Assembly (NCBI RefSeq): GCF_009914755.1
Contig: NC_060941.1
DNA length: 64,000 nt
Strand: one strand, 5' to 3'
Source: the human T2T-CHM13v2.0 reference genome, Homo sapiens
Positions within the stretch are counted from its first letter, which is position 1. Each line of letters opens with the position of its first letter. Under the pieces are notes generated by a model that made no database searches, was not told the DNA's origin, and worked only from the letters and a program-made list of their open reading frames with translations. Positions 41,779-54,852 of the stretch are shown here, in pieces. The translations under genes were made by a program, and so were the position numbers.

Positions 41779-44700
41779 GTGCTGAACATGCTGCCCTGAA
41801 GAAGCAAAACCCAAAGGTGTTCAAAAAGGTCAGTGGTTTGTCTAATTCAATGTTTTGGGGAAGATATCTTGAAATCTTAAAATCCAGAACAATATTTAAA
41901 GTAAGAAAAGAAGCAAAGCCATTTTTTCCTCTTTGGTGGTTGTTATTGTTGACGTTGAAGAGTAACTGGAAAGAATAAGTTAAATGGTCAAAAGTTTGTT
42001 TTTGAGATGCCTGCAGTATGGCACTTGGGCAACCTCCCATGATGCTAGATCCCTGTTGGGTCTGACGAAGGCAGACATTCATTAAGCCTCTCACCACCAG
42101 TGGTTGGATCCCATCCACTTCATGCAAGTAGACAACCACAAGTATTTTATTCCGTATATCAGTACCAGAAGCTAGGAGCATGGAATGCACACAGTATGCT
42201 TTGAACCTCATAATTGTTCCTTGTAATAATAAATTTTTACATTTGAACCTGTGAGTTATCAAGGAAAAAAAAACAAAAAGCCACTTTGGTTAAGGGATAG
42301 ACTTAAAATAACAGGAATTATGGAAATGGAAAAATACCACTTTTCTTTGTTGGCTCAAGGATTTATGTGTGGGGAAAAAATGATTCAGAGGTGATGGCCT
42401 TTCTTGGACATTAACAAACTGTAGAGGAGTTTGCGTCCCTGACAATGGATGGTGTGTAAAATCTAATGGTGGTGGGGGTGGGAGGAAGAGGCTGGATGTG
42501 GCAGAAAAAGAGAGGCTGAGCTTAGGCAGTTTTATACTTACAAAGGGAGAAATTGTTTGGATTTTTTTTCTTTTTTGGAAAGAATATCTATTGTTAAAAG
42601 TCACTTCAGCCTTTGCTAGAGAGTGAGAATAATTGGGCTTTAAAATATTAATAGAATATGAATATTGATGAAAAGTGAAATATCCTACAAACAACAGGCT
42701 TTTTCCAGCCAATTTGTTATACTCAACTCATGCCGATCGGATTCTGAGCTTTATACAAATAAACTTTAGATGGAAAATAAATCAAACATTTAAACATTAG
42801 AAATCTCATGACAAAAGAATAGAGAAACAAATAGACATTTCTTTCCTAAGAGTTGAAATTAAAGAAAAAATTCACAGTTGAAATTTCAATACATTAAAAA
42901 ATTTCTAATGTAAAAACTTATTTTCTGTTGAAATGCAAACCACATATTACAGTGATAGTTACATTACATAGGGGATTGAGTTCATCTCTTAATGCCTCAT
43001 GCAAATTTATAAGAAAATAATTAGCATAATTAACAATAATTTATTGGTCGATGTTATAGTAAATGTATAAATGAACAAATAAAAATAGCAGATATGCTAA
43101 TGGAAACTGTTTAATTATGCTAATAATAAGAAAGTATCATAAGTTAAGATGTTATTTCACATATTAAATTATGGTAAACACAGAAAGAGAATGTTTAAAG
43201 CTAGCAAGAGTATCATCGGCCTGATTATCCTTCACTGATGATGATGTTATAAATTGGTAAAACTGTTTTAGGATGCAACTTGAAAACGTGTGTATTTGTT
43301 GATTGAATAAGCTGAATTTAGTGGATGAAATTGTGAAATGATTGTATTTTTCTTCTGCAACAGCCTGTTAAATTCTGTGTTGAATTTTCCATCCTTGCCC
43401 CCCGACAAAAACTTCTGATAAATTAATCAGTAGAGCTGATTACCAGTAGAGCTGATGTACAAAAGCCTAGTCAAAATTAAGAAACAAAACAAAACCAAAC
43501 CACAAAATCTTTTATTGTCTCATCCTCTTTTAAGCTTCTCCCCTGGACCCCTGATGTGGGACTTGGAAAATTACAGTAAGGAAAGTAGATACTTCATTAT
43601 TTTCCCACTTTATTCTTTCATCTTCCCTTACTCAAGATGTTATTTCTTGACCCCGTCTTGGTGATGTTGGGTAGATAAGAGAAACCAGGGTGGAAAAGTT
43701 ATTTATCAATCAACACAGTTGTAATCTGGAGCCAGACAGATACCTAAATGCTGTCTTCCTACTGAAGATATTTTGTAGGTTCTTCAAAAAAGCCAGTGAA
43801 AACAATCTGCTATATTATTCACTGTCTTGGGCAGTGCCCCAACTAGCTGGCTATGAATGCCATCCACCTGAACCTCTGCTTCTTGGGTAATCTTTCTATA
43901 GCCTCTTAGTGCTGTTGTCTGTTAGCCCTCGCAGGTAAGCCACATGTTGGGATCCTTTCTAGGTAATTTATGCCTCGCTACCCTCTGTAGGGTCCACACT
44001 GGCTCCACTTTTTCTCCGTGTTCAGCCATCAAGACTATTTCCAGCCAATCTCCTGTCTTTAAATTTTGCAGGCAAGAGCTGGCCTCTTTGTTTTCCAAAT
44101 CCCTCACATATCAAGATCTAAATTCCCTCACTTGGCCTGAGGTTAGTTAAGAAAGTATGAAGGAAGGAAAGAGAAATGCTGAGTAATGCTGACAACTGTT
44201 CCAAAAAAATAATTGATCAATTCCCCTAATGAATGCTTACCTTTTGTTGTATAAGGGAAGGCAGGTGATGGACTAAGAGCAGCTGAATCTGTTTTGGGAA
44301 AGCCCTTTTGCAGCTCACATTTAAAAGATCGGGCATCTCTCTTCAGAAGGTACAGTAATTATTGCATACACTTTTGAGCTTTGAAATCGTAGCCCAAACT
44401 GAGACAATGGAAAAGTCCCATTTAGATGTTACACATTTTAAAAAATCTTCAGAATTTCCAAACTTTTAGCCTCTAGGGGAAGAAAACAGAAACAACTAAA
44501 TTATGTAAAAGCTTGGTGCGTTAAGATAGTAATTATAGTGTTAATTTGAAAACTATAAAATTTGAAAATGAGAATTTGAAAGTAATCCAATATCTCATAA
44601 TAGGAGAATAGTTAAGAAAGGGCATATCTAAATTAAAGAAAACCTGCCTTCTAAAATAATGAGCTATGTTATTGTGCAGGAAAATATAATACAACATTGA

Positions 44701-45977
44701 GTTGGAAAAATGAGACATAAAATTGTATTTACACTATGTTTATAACTATGTAAGGTACATATTTAAGAGGTTTGGGTCAGGAAATAAAACAGCTAGTTGT
44801 CTATCACAGCCCTGGAACTTGGTAGCTCGGTAACCTTAAGGACATTATTTAAAGTCTCCAACTTATCTCTCTAAAAAGAAGATAATACTTTCTGTTGTTT
44901 TCATGAGACTTACATGCGCTAAAGCATTGCCTGGCACTTAGTAATTAATTAAAAAGCTCTATTGAAAGACTGAAAAGGACACACAAAAATGAAAATAGGA
45001 GTGATGTTAAAATGATTTAAAATTCTTTTACATTATTTGTAATCTTCCCATAATGCTGTTTTGTTACTTCCATAATTAAAAACAAACTAAAAAAGCTAAA
45101 CAGTAGGGGGACAATATATTGGTGACACCAACCCACAAACATGTAGGACATCTAAACAGGAGGTTGCACCAAATTGAGGCTTCCTCATATATCACAGACA
45201 AAATTGTTTTCCCAAGATACTGTGTTAACCAATCAATTCAATGCTCATTCCAACCAATTGGCATGTTCTAGTAACCTTTGTATCACCTGGGTATCATTGG
45301 CATAGATTTTAAACATACGTTACAGCAGTTCACTTTGCTTTCTTTGTAGTCCATTTCTGTCAAGTTACAAAACCCAAATAAAATATTTCAGAAACAAACC
45401 AGGGCTATTATCCAGTTTATGAGCATTTAGATAAAAAGGGAAAAATCACAACCCCCTGAAGTAGGCTTAATTCAAACAAGAGAGTATATCTTGCAAACCA
45501 TTCGATAATTTTTATTACAGTTTTTGATATGCACTTATTATCTAGACTATAATCTGCAAATGAATTGGGTATTAAAGTAAACCACTTTTGAAAGTTTGCA
45601 AATAAACTATCTCCCTATATATTATCACTCTTTTATTTGCTCTTATTTGGACTAATAAAGATGAAAACATTATGTGCCTTATTTCAAACCAATAAGAGAG
45701 CCAAAGAGAACTTTGAAAAATGATGTAAAGGTTGAAAATTTAAAAGTGCTTCCTTTAGTGGGTTTTGGACAAGAACCTTGACCATATCCCAGAAATATAT
45801 AATTGATTCACCTAAGCTTGTTTCTTAAAGACTAAGTAAAACTATTATTCACATATGTACTTCTCATATGGCTTTATGCTGTTGCTTCTCGTGATAACTT
45901 AAAATAATTTTTAAAATCCATATTCTCAGATTTGAGGTGAAATCTGAACAAGTGCAATTACGTGTCTTTCTTCATAG

Positions 45978-46270
45978 TTACACGTGGATAAACTACTAAA
46001 AATAAACCCCAAAATAAAAACATTTTAAACGTAATATTGGAGAATTTTCTTCCATTAACTCTTTATTACTTAAAAGACGGTGAATTTTGTCTGGAACCTT
46101 GTGGTCAACTATTTTAAAATGAACATAGAATTGGGGGTAGTAGGTCATTGATATTTCTGATTTTTAAAAATTTGAGTTCAGTAGTTTATCCATCAAATGT
46201 TGCTAGAAAACATTAAGATCTGAGTGTCATACAACTATAAGCATTGATTTCTGAGTTACGGCAGCTGGGT
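45978..46270. repeat. Diverged direct repeat, copy A (~290 bp)
   Basis: Aligns by eye to 46911-47118 plus 47497-47587; shared identical core tgaattttgtctggaaccttgtggtcaactattttaaaatgaacataga. Confidence 0.9.
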
Positions 46271-46274
46271 GGGA

Positions 46275-46581
46275 AGGGTACATCTTGGCTGAGATCAGCT
46301 GGTCTTTGGTTCCAGCCACGTATTTGGATCAGTTTTGCTCCAAGTGTTCTCAGCTTTTGAGAGTAGTAGGCTGGATGGGGAATGTTCTCATGATGTGGGA
46401 TGAAAGGTCCCAAAGGTGATGAGAGAAAAAAAAATGCCACTTAAGGCCTAGGCCTGGAATGTAGGCCATTCCCATCCCATTATTGTAAGTTACATGCCCA
46501 AGTATTGCTAATGCCTATTCCTCTCTGAGAGATGAGAAAGAATGGAATGACCATTCCTGAATAACAATTTAATCTCCCACA
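46275..46581 (-). mobile_element. MLT1H-like LTR fragment
   Basis: ttggctgagatcagctgg..aatgttctcatga..cttaaggcctaggcctggaa..aagttacatgcccaag..taatctcccaca. Confidence 0.5.
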
Positions 46582-46910
46582 AGTGATACATATTGTACTT
46601 CATGTTCCTACAATGTTGTCATAAACATTTCCACCCAATGACTAAATTCTCCTGCTTCTTTTCTCTTTAATGTCTCTTCCTACTTCTCTAGTTTCTTGGG
46701 TTACGAATGCCACATATCTCCCTTAAACTATTCCAATGATCTCCTTCCCTGTGCTTTCATGGACTTAACCTTCATCTTCTAAAATACTGTCGTTAACTCT
46801 GTATTGTAAAATTGGGGCATATTATTCTATTCCTTATAATTCAGTGACTCCTTATCATAATAGGTGGGCAAATTTTCTTAAGGTGGAATAGGTGACCCAG
46901 TCAAACTAAC

Positions 46911-47587
46911 TTATACATGGAAAAATGACTAAAAAATAACCCCCCAAATAAAAACCTATTAAATATAATATTTGAGAATTTTCTTCTGTTAATTCTTTAT
47001 TACTAAAAAGACTGTGAATTTTGTCTGGAACCTTGTGGTCAACTATTTTAAAATGAACATAGAGTTGGGGGTATTAGGTTATTAACATTTCAGATTTTTA
47101 GGAATTAGAGTTCAGTGGTATATTAGTTTGTTTTCATACTGCTATAAAGAACTGCCTGAGACTAGGTAATTTACATAGGAAAAGAGGTTTAATTGACTCA
47201 TAGCATGGCTGGAAGGCCTCAGAAAACTTACAATCATGGCGGAAGGTGAAGAGGAAGCAAAGCACCTTCTTTACAAAGTGGAAGGAAGGAGAAGTGCTGA
47301 GCAAAGGGGGAAGAGCCCCTTATAAAACCATCAGATCTTGTGAGGACTCACTCACCATCATGAGAACAGCATGGGGGAAACTAACCCCATGATTCAATTA
47401 CCTCCACCTGGGCTTTCCCTTGACACGTGGGAATTATGGGGATTACAATTCAAGATGAGATTTTGGGTGGAGACACAGCCAAACCATATCAAGTGGTATA
47501 TCAATCAAGTTTTGCCAGAAAACAATAAGATCTGAGTATCATATCATACAAATATAAGCATTGATTTCTAATTTATGGCAGCTGGGT
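46911..47587. repeat. Diverged direct repeat, copy B (interrupted by THE1D)
   Basis: See copy A; homology resumes after the LTR with agtggtatatcaatcaag..aagatctgagt..ggcagctgggt. Confidence 0.9.
47119..47491 (-). mobile_element. THE1D-like solo LTR with perfect TSD AGTGG
   Basis: tattagtttgttttcatactgctataaagaactgcctgagact..acaatcatggcggaagg..gacacagccaaaccatatca; AGTGG at 47114-47118 and 47492-47496. Confidence 0.93.
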
Positions 47588-47774
47588 TAGAGCTTCTGCT
47601 CTAATTTCTGCATTACATTTTAGACATCCATGATCCTCTCATGATTTCATACACCTTGATGCCCCTGTCTCTGCAATATTATCTATCTGTAGTGTCTTCT
47701 TCCAATGGTCCATGAGTCAAAGTACTCCTGATCCTCCAATTCTACCTCTTGTCTGAAATTGAACCAGTCAGGAG

Positions 47775-48123
47775 ACACTAGGTTAGGAAGCAAATGACAG
47801 TGGCTTATAACCACAAACATGTATTTCTTGCTTACATTACATCCCCATTGCTGACTGGTTTTAGAACTCTTCATTCCAGGACCCAGACTAATGGAGTAAA
47901 TCTTATCTATTTATTTCACCTTAGGGAAAATAAACATAGTGAAGCACGTTCTAGCTCTTAAAACTTGTGTTTGCCACTACCACACTCATATTTCACTGGC
48001 TGAGGCAAGTCACATATACATGTCAGAGTTCAACAGGATGAAGGTGTAAAACTCTTCCTCAAGAGAGAAGGACATCTCAATGTGAGGCAGTAAATATTTT
48101 GAAGAGTATCAAAATCTACCACA
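47775..48123 (-). mobile_element. MLT1I/J-type LTR
   Basis: cagtggcttataaccacaaacatgtatttcttgct..cattccaggacccagact..ctagctcttaaaactt..gcaagtcacat..atctaccaca. Confidence 0.6.
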
Positions 48124-48536
48124 GAAGTGGCCCTTTTGTCTTCCTGTTAAAGATTTCTTTTACTATGTTACAACAATAATTAATATAACTATCACTTGCT
48201 GAAATATCTATTTTTATTGATATCTATATATCTTTATTGATCACTCAGTTCATTGAGTACTTTTTCTACTTCCCACATAACTTCAGGCAAAAGCATTACT
48301 AATTTTTTTACTACAACATAATGAATTCCCTCTTTCTCTAGTTTCCAACATTTGCTTCATTTACCTGTGAGCCCTCACCTGTAGCTTTAGGAAAAACCAC
48401 AAGGCTTCTATTGACGGTGTGTTCGAGGCACTACAGACTGTCACTAACCCTTTCGTCAAAGCCCATTGCTCAGTTCTAAAGCCACTTCCACATTGTGGGT
48501 TGGTATTTTGCCACCATCTCACTGTTAATATTAACA

Positions 48537-49070
48537 TATGATAGTTACATGTTGCTCTGTAACAAATTACTACAAAACTTAGCAGCTTAAAACAGCAAAC
48601 ATTTATTATTATCAGTTTCTGAGGGTCAGGAATCCAAGAGTGGATTGGCTAGCTGCTTCTAGCTCAACGTCTCTTGTGAGGTTGCATTCAAGCTGTTACT
48701 GGGCCGCAGTCATCCGAAGGCTTGACTGGGGCTGGGAGATCTGCTTTCAGTATCACTCATGGGGTTGTTGGAAGGCCTCAGTTTCTGCTGAGTGTTATCC
48801 AGAGGCTCCAGTTCCTCACCACATGGGTCTCCCCACAGTGCTGCTTGAGTGTTCCTCAAGACCTGGCAGCTGGTTTCTCCCAGGATGAGAAATCTGAGAG
48901 AGATGTCCAAGAGGGAAGCTTCAGCCTTTTATAACTTAGTGTCAGAAGTACCAACTATCAATTCTGCCATATTCTGTTGGTCACACAAACTGTGATACAG
49001 TATATGGAAGGACTATACAATATTAGGAGATAAGGATCATTGGGAGAACAATATGGTAGGCTGGCTTTGA
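48537..49070 (-). mobile_element. MLT1F/E-type LTR
   Basis: gtaacaaattactacaaaacttagcagcttaaaacagcaaacatttatta..cagtttctgagggtcaggaatcc..gaaggcttgactggggctgg..ctgccatattctgttggtcacaca. Confidence 0.82.
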
Positions 49071-49281
49071 CAAATAGTATTTTTTTCAACCTTGAAAATC
49101 CAGAGCTATCAGAGAAACAAAAATGACTTTAATGTGACTAGTTTAGTTGACTATTTATATAGTTATTTAAAAAAATCTCTTTTACCTGTGTGCCAGCCCC
49201 TATGATAGCTGCTGGTCATGTAGAAATGAAAATGTTTCTTTCTTTGAGGACATTACAAACTATTAGGGAAATAAACATACA

Positions 49282-49614
49282 CAGTTATGTATCATAATTT
49301 TGTTTCATCAACAATAAACTGCATATACAACAGTGACCCCATAAGATTACAATAGTGTATTTTTACTGTACTTTTTCTATGTTTAGATACACAAATACTT
49401 ACCACTGTGTTACAATTACCTACAGTTTTAAGAACAGTAACATGCTATACAGGTTTATAGCCTAGAAGCAGTAGGCTAAACCATATAGTCTAGGGGTATG
49501 GTAGGCTATGCAATCTGGGTTTTTTGCGAGTACACACTATGATGTTTAGATAACATCATCGCCTAATGATACATTTCTCAGAATGTATCCTCATCATAAA
49601 GGGATGCACCACTG
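49282..49614 (+). mobile_element. Tigger3a (MER7A)
   Basis: cccataagattacaatagtgtatttttactgtac..ttagatacacaaatacttaccactgtgttacaatt..atttctcagaatgtatcc..cactg. Confidence 0.88.
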
Positions 49615-49687
49615 TGCAGAAGTTAAAAATTACTTTATACATTAATTGCTGTAATAGAGTACCTACATATCATAATGAGAGTCAAAA

Positions 49688-49870
49688 TTACAAGTGGTTA
49701 AAGACTTCGACTTTTGGAGTCAGATCACAGAATTTTGATTCCAAGCTTCACCATTTATTAGTTGTAGTACCTTTAGCAAATTACTTTACCTTTCGTGACT
49801 CAATTTTTTCATTCACTAATACAGAAAATAATAGTGTTTTCCCATAGGGTTGATACAAATTTTAAATGAC
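49688..49870 (+). mobile_element. MIR, followed by (GATA)n at ~49880-49930
   Basis: agtggttaaag..cttttggagtcaga..caccatttattagttgt..gcaaattacttt..ctcaattttttcatt..catagggttg. Confidence 0.75.
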
Positions 49871-50469
49871 TTCTACAGAGATAGATATATAGGAAGGTAG
49901 GTAGATAGATGATAGATAGATAGACAGATATGCTTGCAGGTATGTGAGTCAAAAGTTATTTCAATTTGAAAGAAGTGGTGTTCTTGTCATGCAGTGGTAG
50001 CAAATTTAGAAACATTGTCATTTGCAGTTACATATAAAATAGAATATATGTGCAATAAATTTGATAATCCAGCTAAGTTGTGACAATGATGACGTCAATT
50101 GCATGCATGGGTGGAAGAGGATACAAAGGCAGTTTTAGATAAAGAATTTCATCACTTATTGGAATAGGCATTTCCAATTTCTTGCTTATTCCCAACATTT
50201 GAGCTTATAATAGAGGATCAAAGAGGAACTTTTTTTCTCTTTATAAAAATAATGCCTTTAATTATCTGAAGAATATAAATGTGAAATGGATAATTTACTG
50301 TGTGGATATTTGTGCTTGTTAAAGTAAGAGTCTGGATATGATTGAAAATTAGCCATGCAACAATTCTAGTCTTTCTTATTGCCATCTAGCCTGCTTTGGC
50401 CAAGATTGTCATAAAAAGCTAGAAACATTGCATAGCCACTGTGATAATCTGTTCTGGTGGACCATCTAT

Positions 50470-50499
50470 TTGCATGACCTTGGTTATAAGGTCATGCAA
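50470..50499. promoter_or_regulatory. Palindrome with everted nuclear-receptor half-sites (ER8: TGACCT-n8-AGGTCA)
   Basis: ttgcatgacctt-ggttat-aaggtcatgcaa; 12-bp perfect arms. Confidence 0.35.
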
Positions 50500-53400
50500 T
50501 GTGCTAGAGTTGGTGGGGAAAAACTTGTGCCTTTGAAATTTAAGAGCACTTTTTATTCCCTCTGGTAGTTTTCCTGAAATTCCGTGAGTAGGACTTACCT
50601 AGCTTGATTCTTCGTTACTTGGAAATCCTGAATAGTTTCTCTTGGAAGTAACCTGATGGAAAAAATTAAAAATGTTTCAGAAGAACTATTAATGCTGGGT
50701 GTTTTCTTTTTCTGAAGCATTTTATTTTTATTTAGACTTAGATCAAGAACACTTATGAGATTAAAGTTAGCTGATCCAGCATGACAAAAATTGTTTTTAT
50801 CAGAATTTCAAACCATAGCTTTATGCATCGGTAGGCTTGACTCTGTTTTTAACAATTGTCTTTACCTTTCTTGCACTTTAAGAAGATAACAAATTAAAAG
50901 CTTTTTACTACAATTTTGCTTCAAATGGCATGTTATTGCCTTAAAAAATAATAGTTTCTGAGGAATGTTAAGGGAATGTTTTAAGAAAGCACTGACACGG
51001 TCTCCAGAATCTTTTCATAGCGGACATTTAGTCCCATTCTTATTACCCTTAATGGTTGTTCCTTTTTAAAGAACAAGTACCAAATGTATGATGGGGACTT
51101 CCCAGAGAAAGACTAGGTTCTATTACTGGGTTTCTGCAGGAAAAAAAACAATCTATAGGAATATAATGAATAAACCCAAAGGAATTCCATTTTTTTAAAT
51201 AATTTTTTTTTGTAAACACATACTATAGTCCTATCAACAATTAGATAAAATTTACATGTTGAAATTCTCAAAATCCACCCATGGAAAAACATTTGTAAGA
51301 TTTCAATGGTGTGGACAATGCTGTGGATTGGACAAAGGAAGAGCAGGCTTCTAAAGTCCAAGGAGATCGCCAAGTAATTGGATGCTCTATGATGTGATTT
51401 AGTGCCTCTGCCAGAACAAGGCATCCAGGAATTAGTGTTGCCCTCTTTTAGTTTTACATAGGAGAATTTGTGGTGTAGAAAGAAAAGAAGAGACTTTGGA
51501 ATAAGCAGACCTGAGTGCCATTGATTAACACCTTCAACTTCCACAGACTTCTGAATTGCCCCAAACATCTGGTTTTTTCACTTCTGAAACAAGGACAGAA
51601 ATTAAAGGGATGTTGGGAAGTGAAATATCTAGCAGGGCTCTCACCAAGGTTAGTTGCCTTCCACTTGCTGTTGGTGTTTGTATGAGTTAGATTTATATCT
51701 AATTTCTTAATGTAATTCACCAGAAGGTTATAGTTTTCTCCATGCACAAATAAGCTCCACAATGACACAGAAAAATTTTATCCTCTGTGAAGAAGACAAA
51801 GGTCTTAGAAAGGTAAATTTTAACCTGTTTGAAAGTAGCTGTGGAATAGTGGAAAGAGAAATACTCATGCAATTCTAACCCAAGGCTTAGCCTGTCACCC
51901 TAAGCTGTCAGATCCATGGCTTCCTCCTTTATGTGATGAATTTAGTGAGATAAATTATTCAAAATATAGAAGATGATTAATAAAAGCCCATTATGAAAAA
52001 TGAAAATAAAAATGAACTATAACTAACTGAAAATGAAGGATGCCTTCCCTCCTGATTCATTTTTAACATAAAGTGAACAAAGACACTTAGAACCGTGGGG
52101 CACCTGCGCTCTTTCCTCTGTTTTTATGAATATATAACAGGAAAAGGAGAGGGAGATTGTCATACATCATTTTTTTCTAAGTATGCTTTGTTACAGCAGC
52201 TTCACTAATTAATCCTGCTACAACCCAATATGTGGGTGAATTCTTCTGTTCAAAGCCTTTGGAACAATCAAGTGTGTCCCAACATGTTTTATTTCTCTTT
52301 TCAAGTTGCTACACGCAAGTCCTGATCTGTTTTCTTCTAGTTAGCATGTTGCTGCAGAAAAGGGCTTTATCAGCCTCATGAGTTTCAATATCAGATTGAA
52401 TCTGCTGTGATGCTTACAGACAGATGACAGCAACTCCCAAGCAGCTAATGGTGTGTGATTTTGATCACATTCCCAGGACTGAAAGTGTGTTAGCATGAAC
52501 CATTCCCACACATTCACCTGGTGCTCCTGTGACTGTGTCTTGAGACCAAAGACATACTTTTTGAGGGAGATTATACAGGTCCCATGGGGGGTAACAGGTC
52601 AAGTAAACATCTTGGAATGCAGCTTATGCTAGAAAGTCATTATTAAATTATTTGCCTCTCATGTGAAAGAACCTCAATGGGTGGTTTTAAAGATGTATTC
52701 TAATTATTTTTCAGTCAAATGAAAATCAGTAACCAAGATACAAATTATACAGCAAAGATTCCACAGAAACAAATTAATGGAAAAACTGTGAATATGATCT
52801 TTTTGTGATTAAACATTTCTAACATGAATGTTCAGTTTTATGTTTCTTCATATTTCAGTGATGAAAAAATTTTATTGTCTTTCAATTTTATTGTCCTTCA
52901 AATTTTATATGTCTTTCAAAGTCAGTCAACACTGACTTTGTTCTGAACCTTGAAGGTCTTGTTTGGTGCCCTGGTTTGAAGTCTGAACGAAAAGAAACCA
53001 ATCATTATAAAACAATTTTCACATATTGTAAGATACAGTATTATCTGTACTTTAAGTCACTCACCTTGTTCTTTATTCTGAAATTCTTTGGGAACACAAT
53101 ATCATTTTTAGTAATAAACAAGATAAAGAGAGAAGTGACAATGCCAGAAAATAGAAAATCACTTGTTTACTTGGTTTACTAAATTTATTTATATAATATT
53201 ATTTTCTTCTTGCAGTTTTTGTTTTGCTTTGTTTTAGTTTATACATGAAAGCAAACAAGACATAATACCATGGCTCATAGTTTCAGATCATGCATTCCTG
53301 AAATTCCCAATCTTTTACAACAGGAAAACTTCTAAGATTGTATTTACAGTTGAATTTTACCCGGATAATATATACTGTGACTATAGCGGCTGAAAATGGA

Positions 53401-54623
53401 ACATTCATACAGTTTTTTAAGTCCTGAGCCTATCAATCAAATAAGAAGTATAGTGCAATCATTATTATCAAGTGAACTAACCTGCAAAATATACATTTAG
53501 ATTGCCAAAAGTTTAGATGGAACAAGGGGAACACATAGACAAAAAGAATCATCCCCAGCTAAAATAATTATCTATTTACAAAACTTCAAGCTCAGAGATA
53601 TTTGGCCCAACTCATTGATGGGCAGGTTCAGCATCTCCAGATATTTAGTTCAAGAAGCCCTGGTTTTCTTTTTTATGCTATTGTTTTTTTTAGGAATTGG
53701 CATGTTCAGTTAAAAAAATCCAAATTTTAATATTGGAAAAGCGAATCAAATTGGTTCCTGGAACTATTCTTTAGGCAGCCTCAATTGTTCAGAGAGCCTG
53801 GATGTGGTGAGGTTAACACTGACCTTCAAAGTTGGAGACAAGCTCTTCCAGCCTAGTCTTCCACATGGATAATGATACCTGGAATCAGTGAAGTTACAAA
53901 AGATATACATTATTTGTATAAGTATCTGTACAAGGTTTCAAGAACACCTGGTAGTTTTTAGCTTTTCTTCCCTCACACTGCTGCCCCAGTATATTTTCTT
54001 TCAATGCAGAAACACCTTACGTTACAGAATGATGACAGTATGAAAGCTGTTCAGAACTGTAAATAATGATTTTCCATGCCAGTCTTTTTTTTTTGGTACA
54101 TATATATGATAAGGCTGAGAGGAAACAATTAAAAATAATGTCTATTTTATTGCAACTAAGTTTATAGCCTTTCAATGTAGAAACTCCTGAAAAACTTGGA
54201 GAGGCATTCAAAAGACTCATAAAATGCCCTTACATCTCAGTTCGAAAGTGAATGCATTTGTAGCCTTTCCGTTTTTGCCAAAAAAAAAAAAAAAAAAAAA
54301 AAATGAAAAATTCTGAAACGTTTGCCCTTTTTTTCCCTCAGATGAGAGGTATAATGTCCTAGTTGCTGAGGTCCTCTGGAAATTGAGATAACTTGAAATT
54401 TTCTTATTCTCCCTCATCTAGGAAATTAAATAAACAAATATATCTTTTAGTATGTGGCCGTGGGAACATGAATATATTGACTGATTTTTTGGAGAACTAA
54501 GGTGGAAAGAATGTTCTTTATTTAGCTGCAGGTATCTGATATTTCCCTCTAAATAAACTCAGCCATAGACTTAAGACTTCTTAAAAGTTCATTTGTATGT
54601 CTGCCCAAGTAATACATCTAAAT

Positions 54624-54852
54624 CAGATTTTTTCAGTCTTGACTTTATTGCCATTCTGAGCCAGAATATTCTTTATGTGGGTGAGGGAGTGTTCTGTGCA
54701 TTGCAGAATGTTTAGTGGCATCCTTGGCCTCTATTGACTGGATGCCAGTAGCTTCTCCAAGCCCCACCTCAATCGTGACAACCAAAAATGTCTCCAGACA
54801 TTGTCAAATGGCCCCTGGGGGGGATATAGCCCTTGGATCAGAATCGTTACTG
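54624..54852 (-). mobile_element. MER20
   Basis: ctgtgcattgcagaatgtttagtggcatccttggcctcta..gatgccagtagc..gtgacaaccaaaaatgtctccagacattgtcaaatg..cccctgggg. Confidence 0.9.

Noticed and set aside
52868-52920. Three ~17-bp imperfect repeats; similar micro-duplications at ~43428-43457 and ~59943-59965
   Set aside because: Ordinary slippage products with no further structure
54279-54303. Isolated poly(A)/(T) runs (also ~9727, 22038, 34877, 36922)
   Set aside because: No attached retro-sequence or clear TSD; treated as simple mononucleotide repeats
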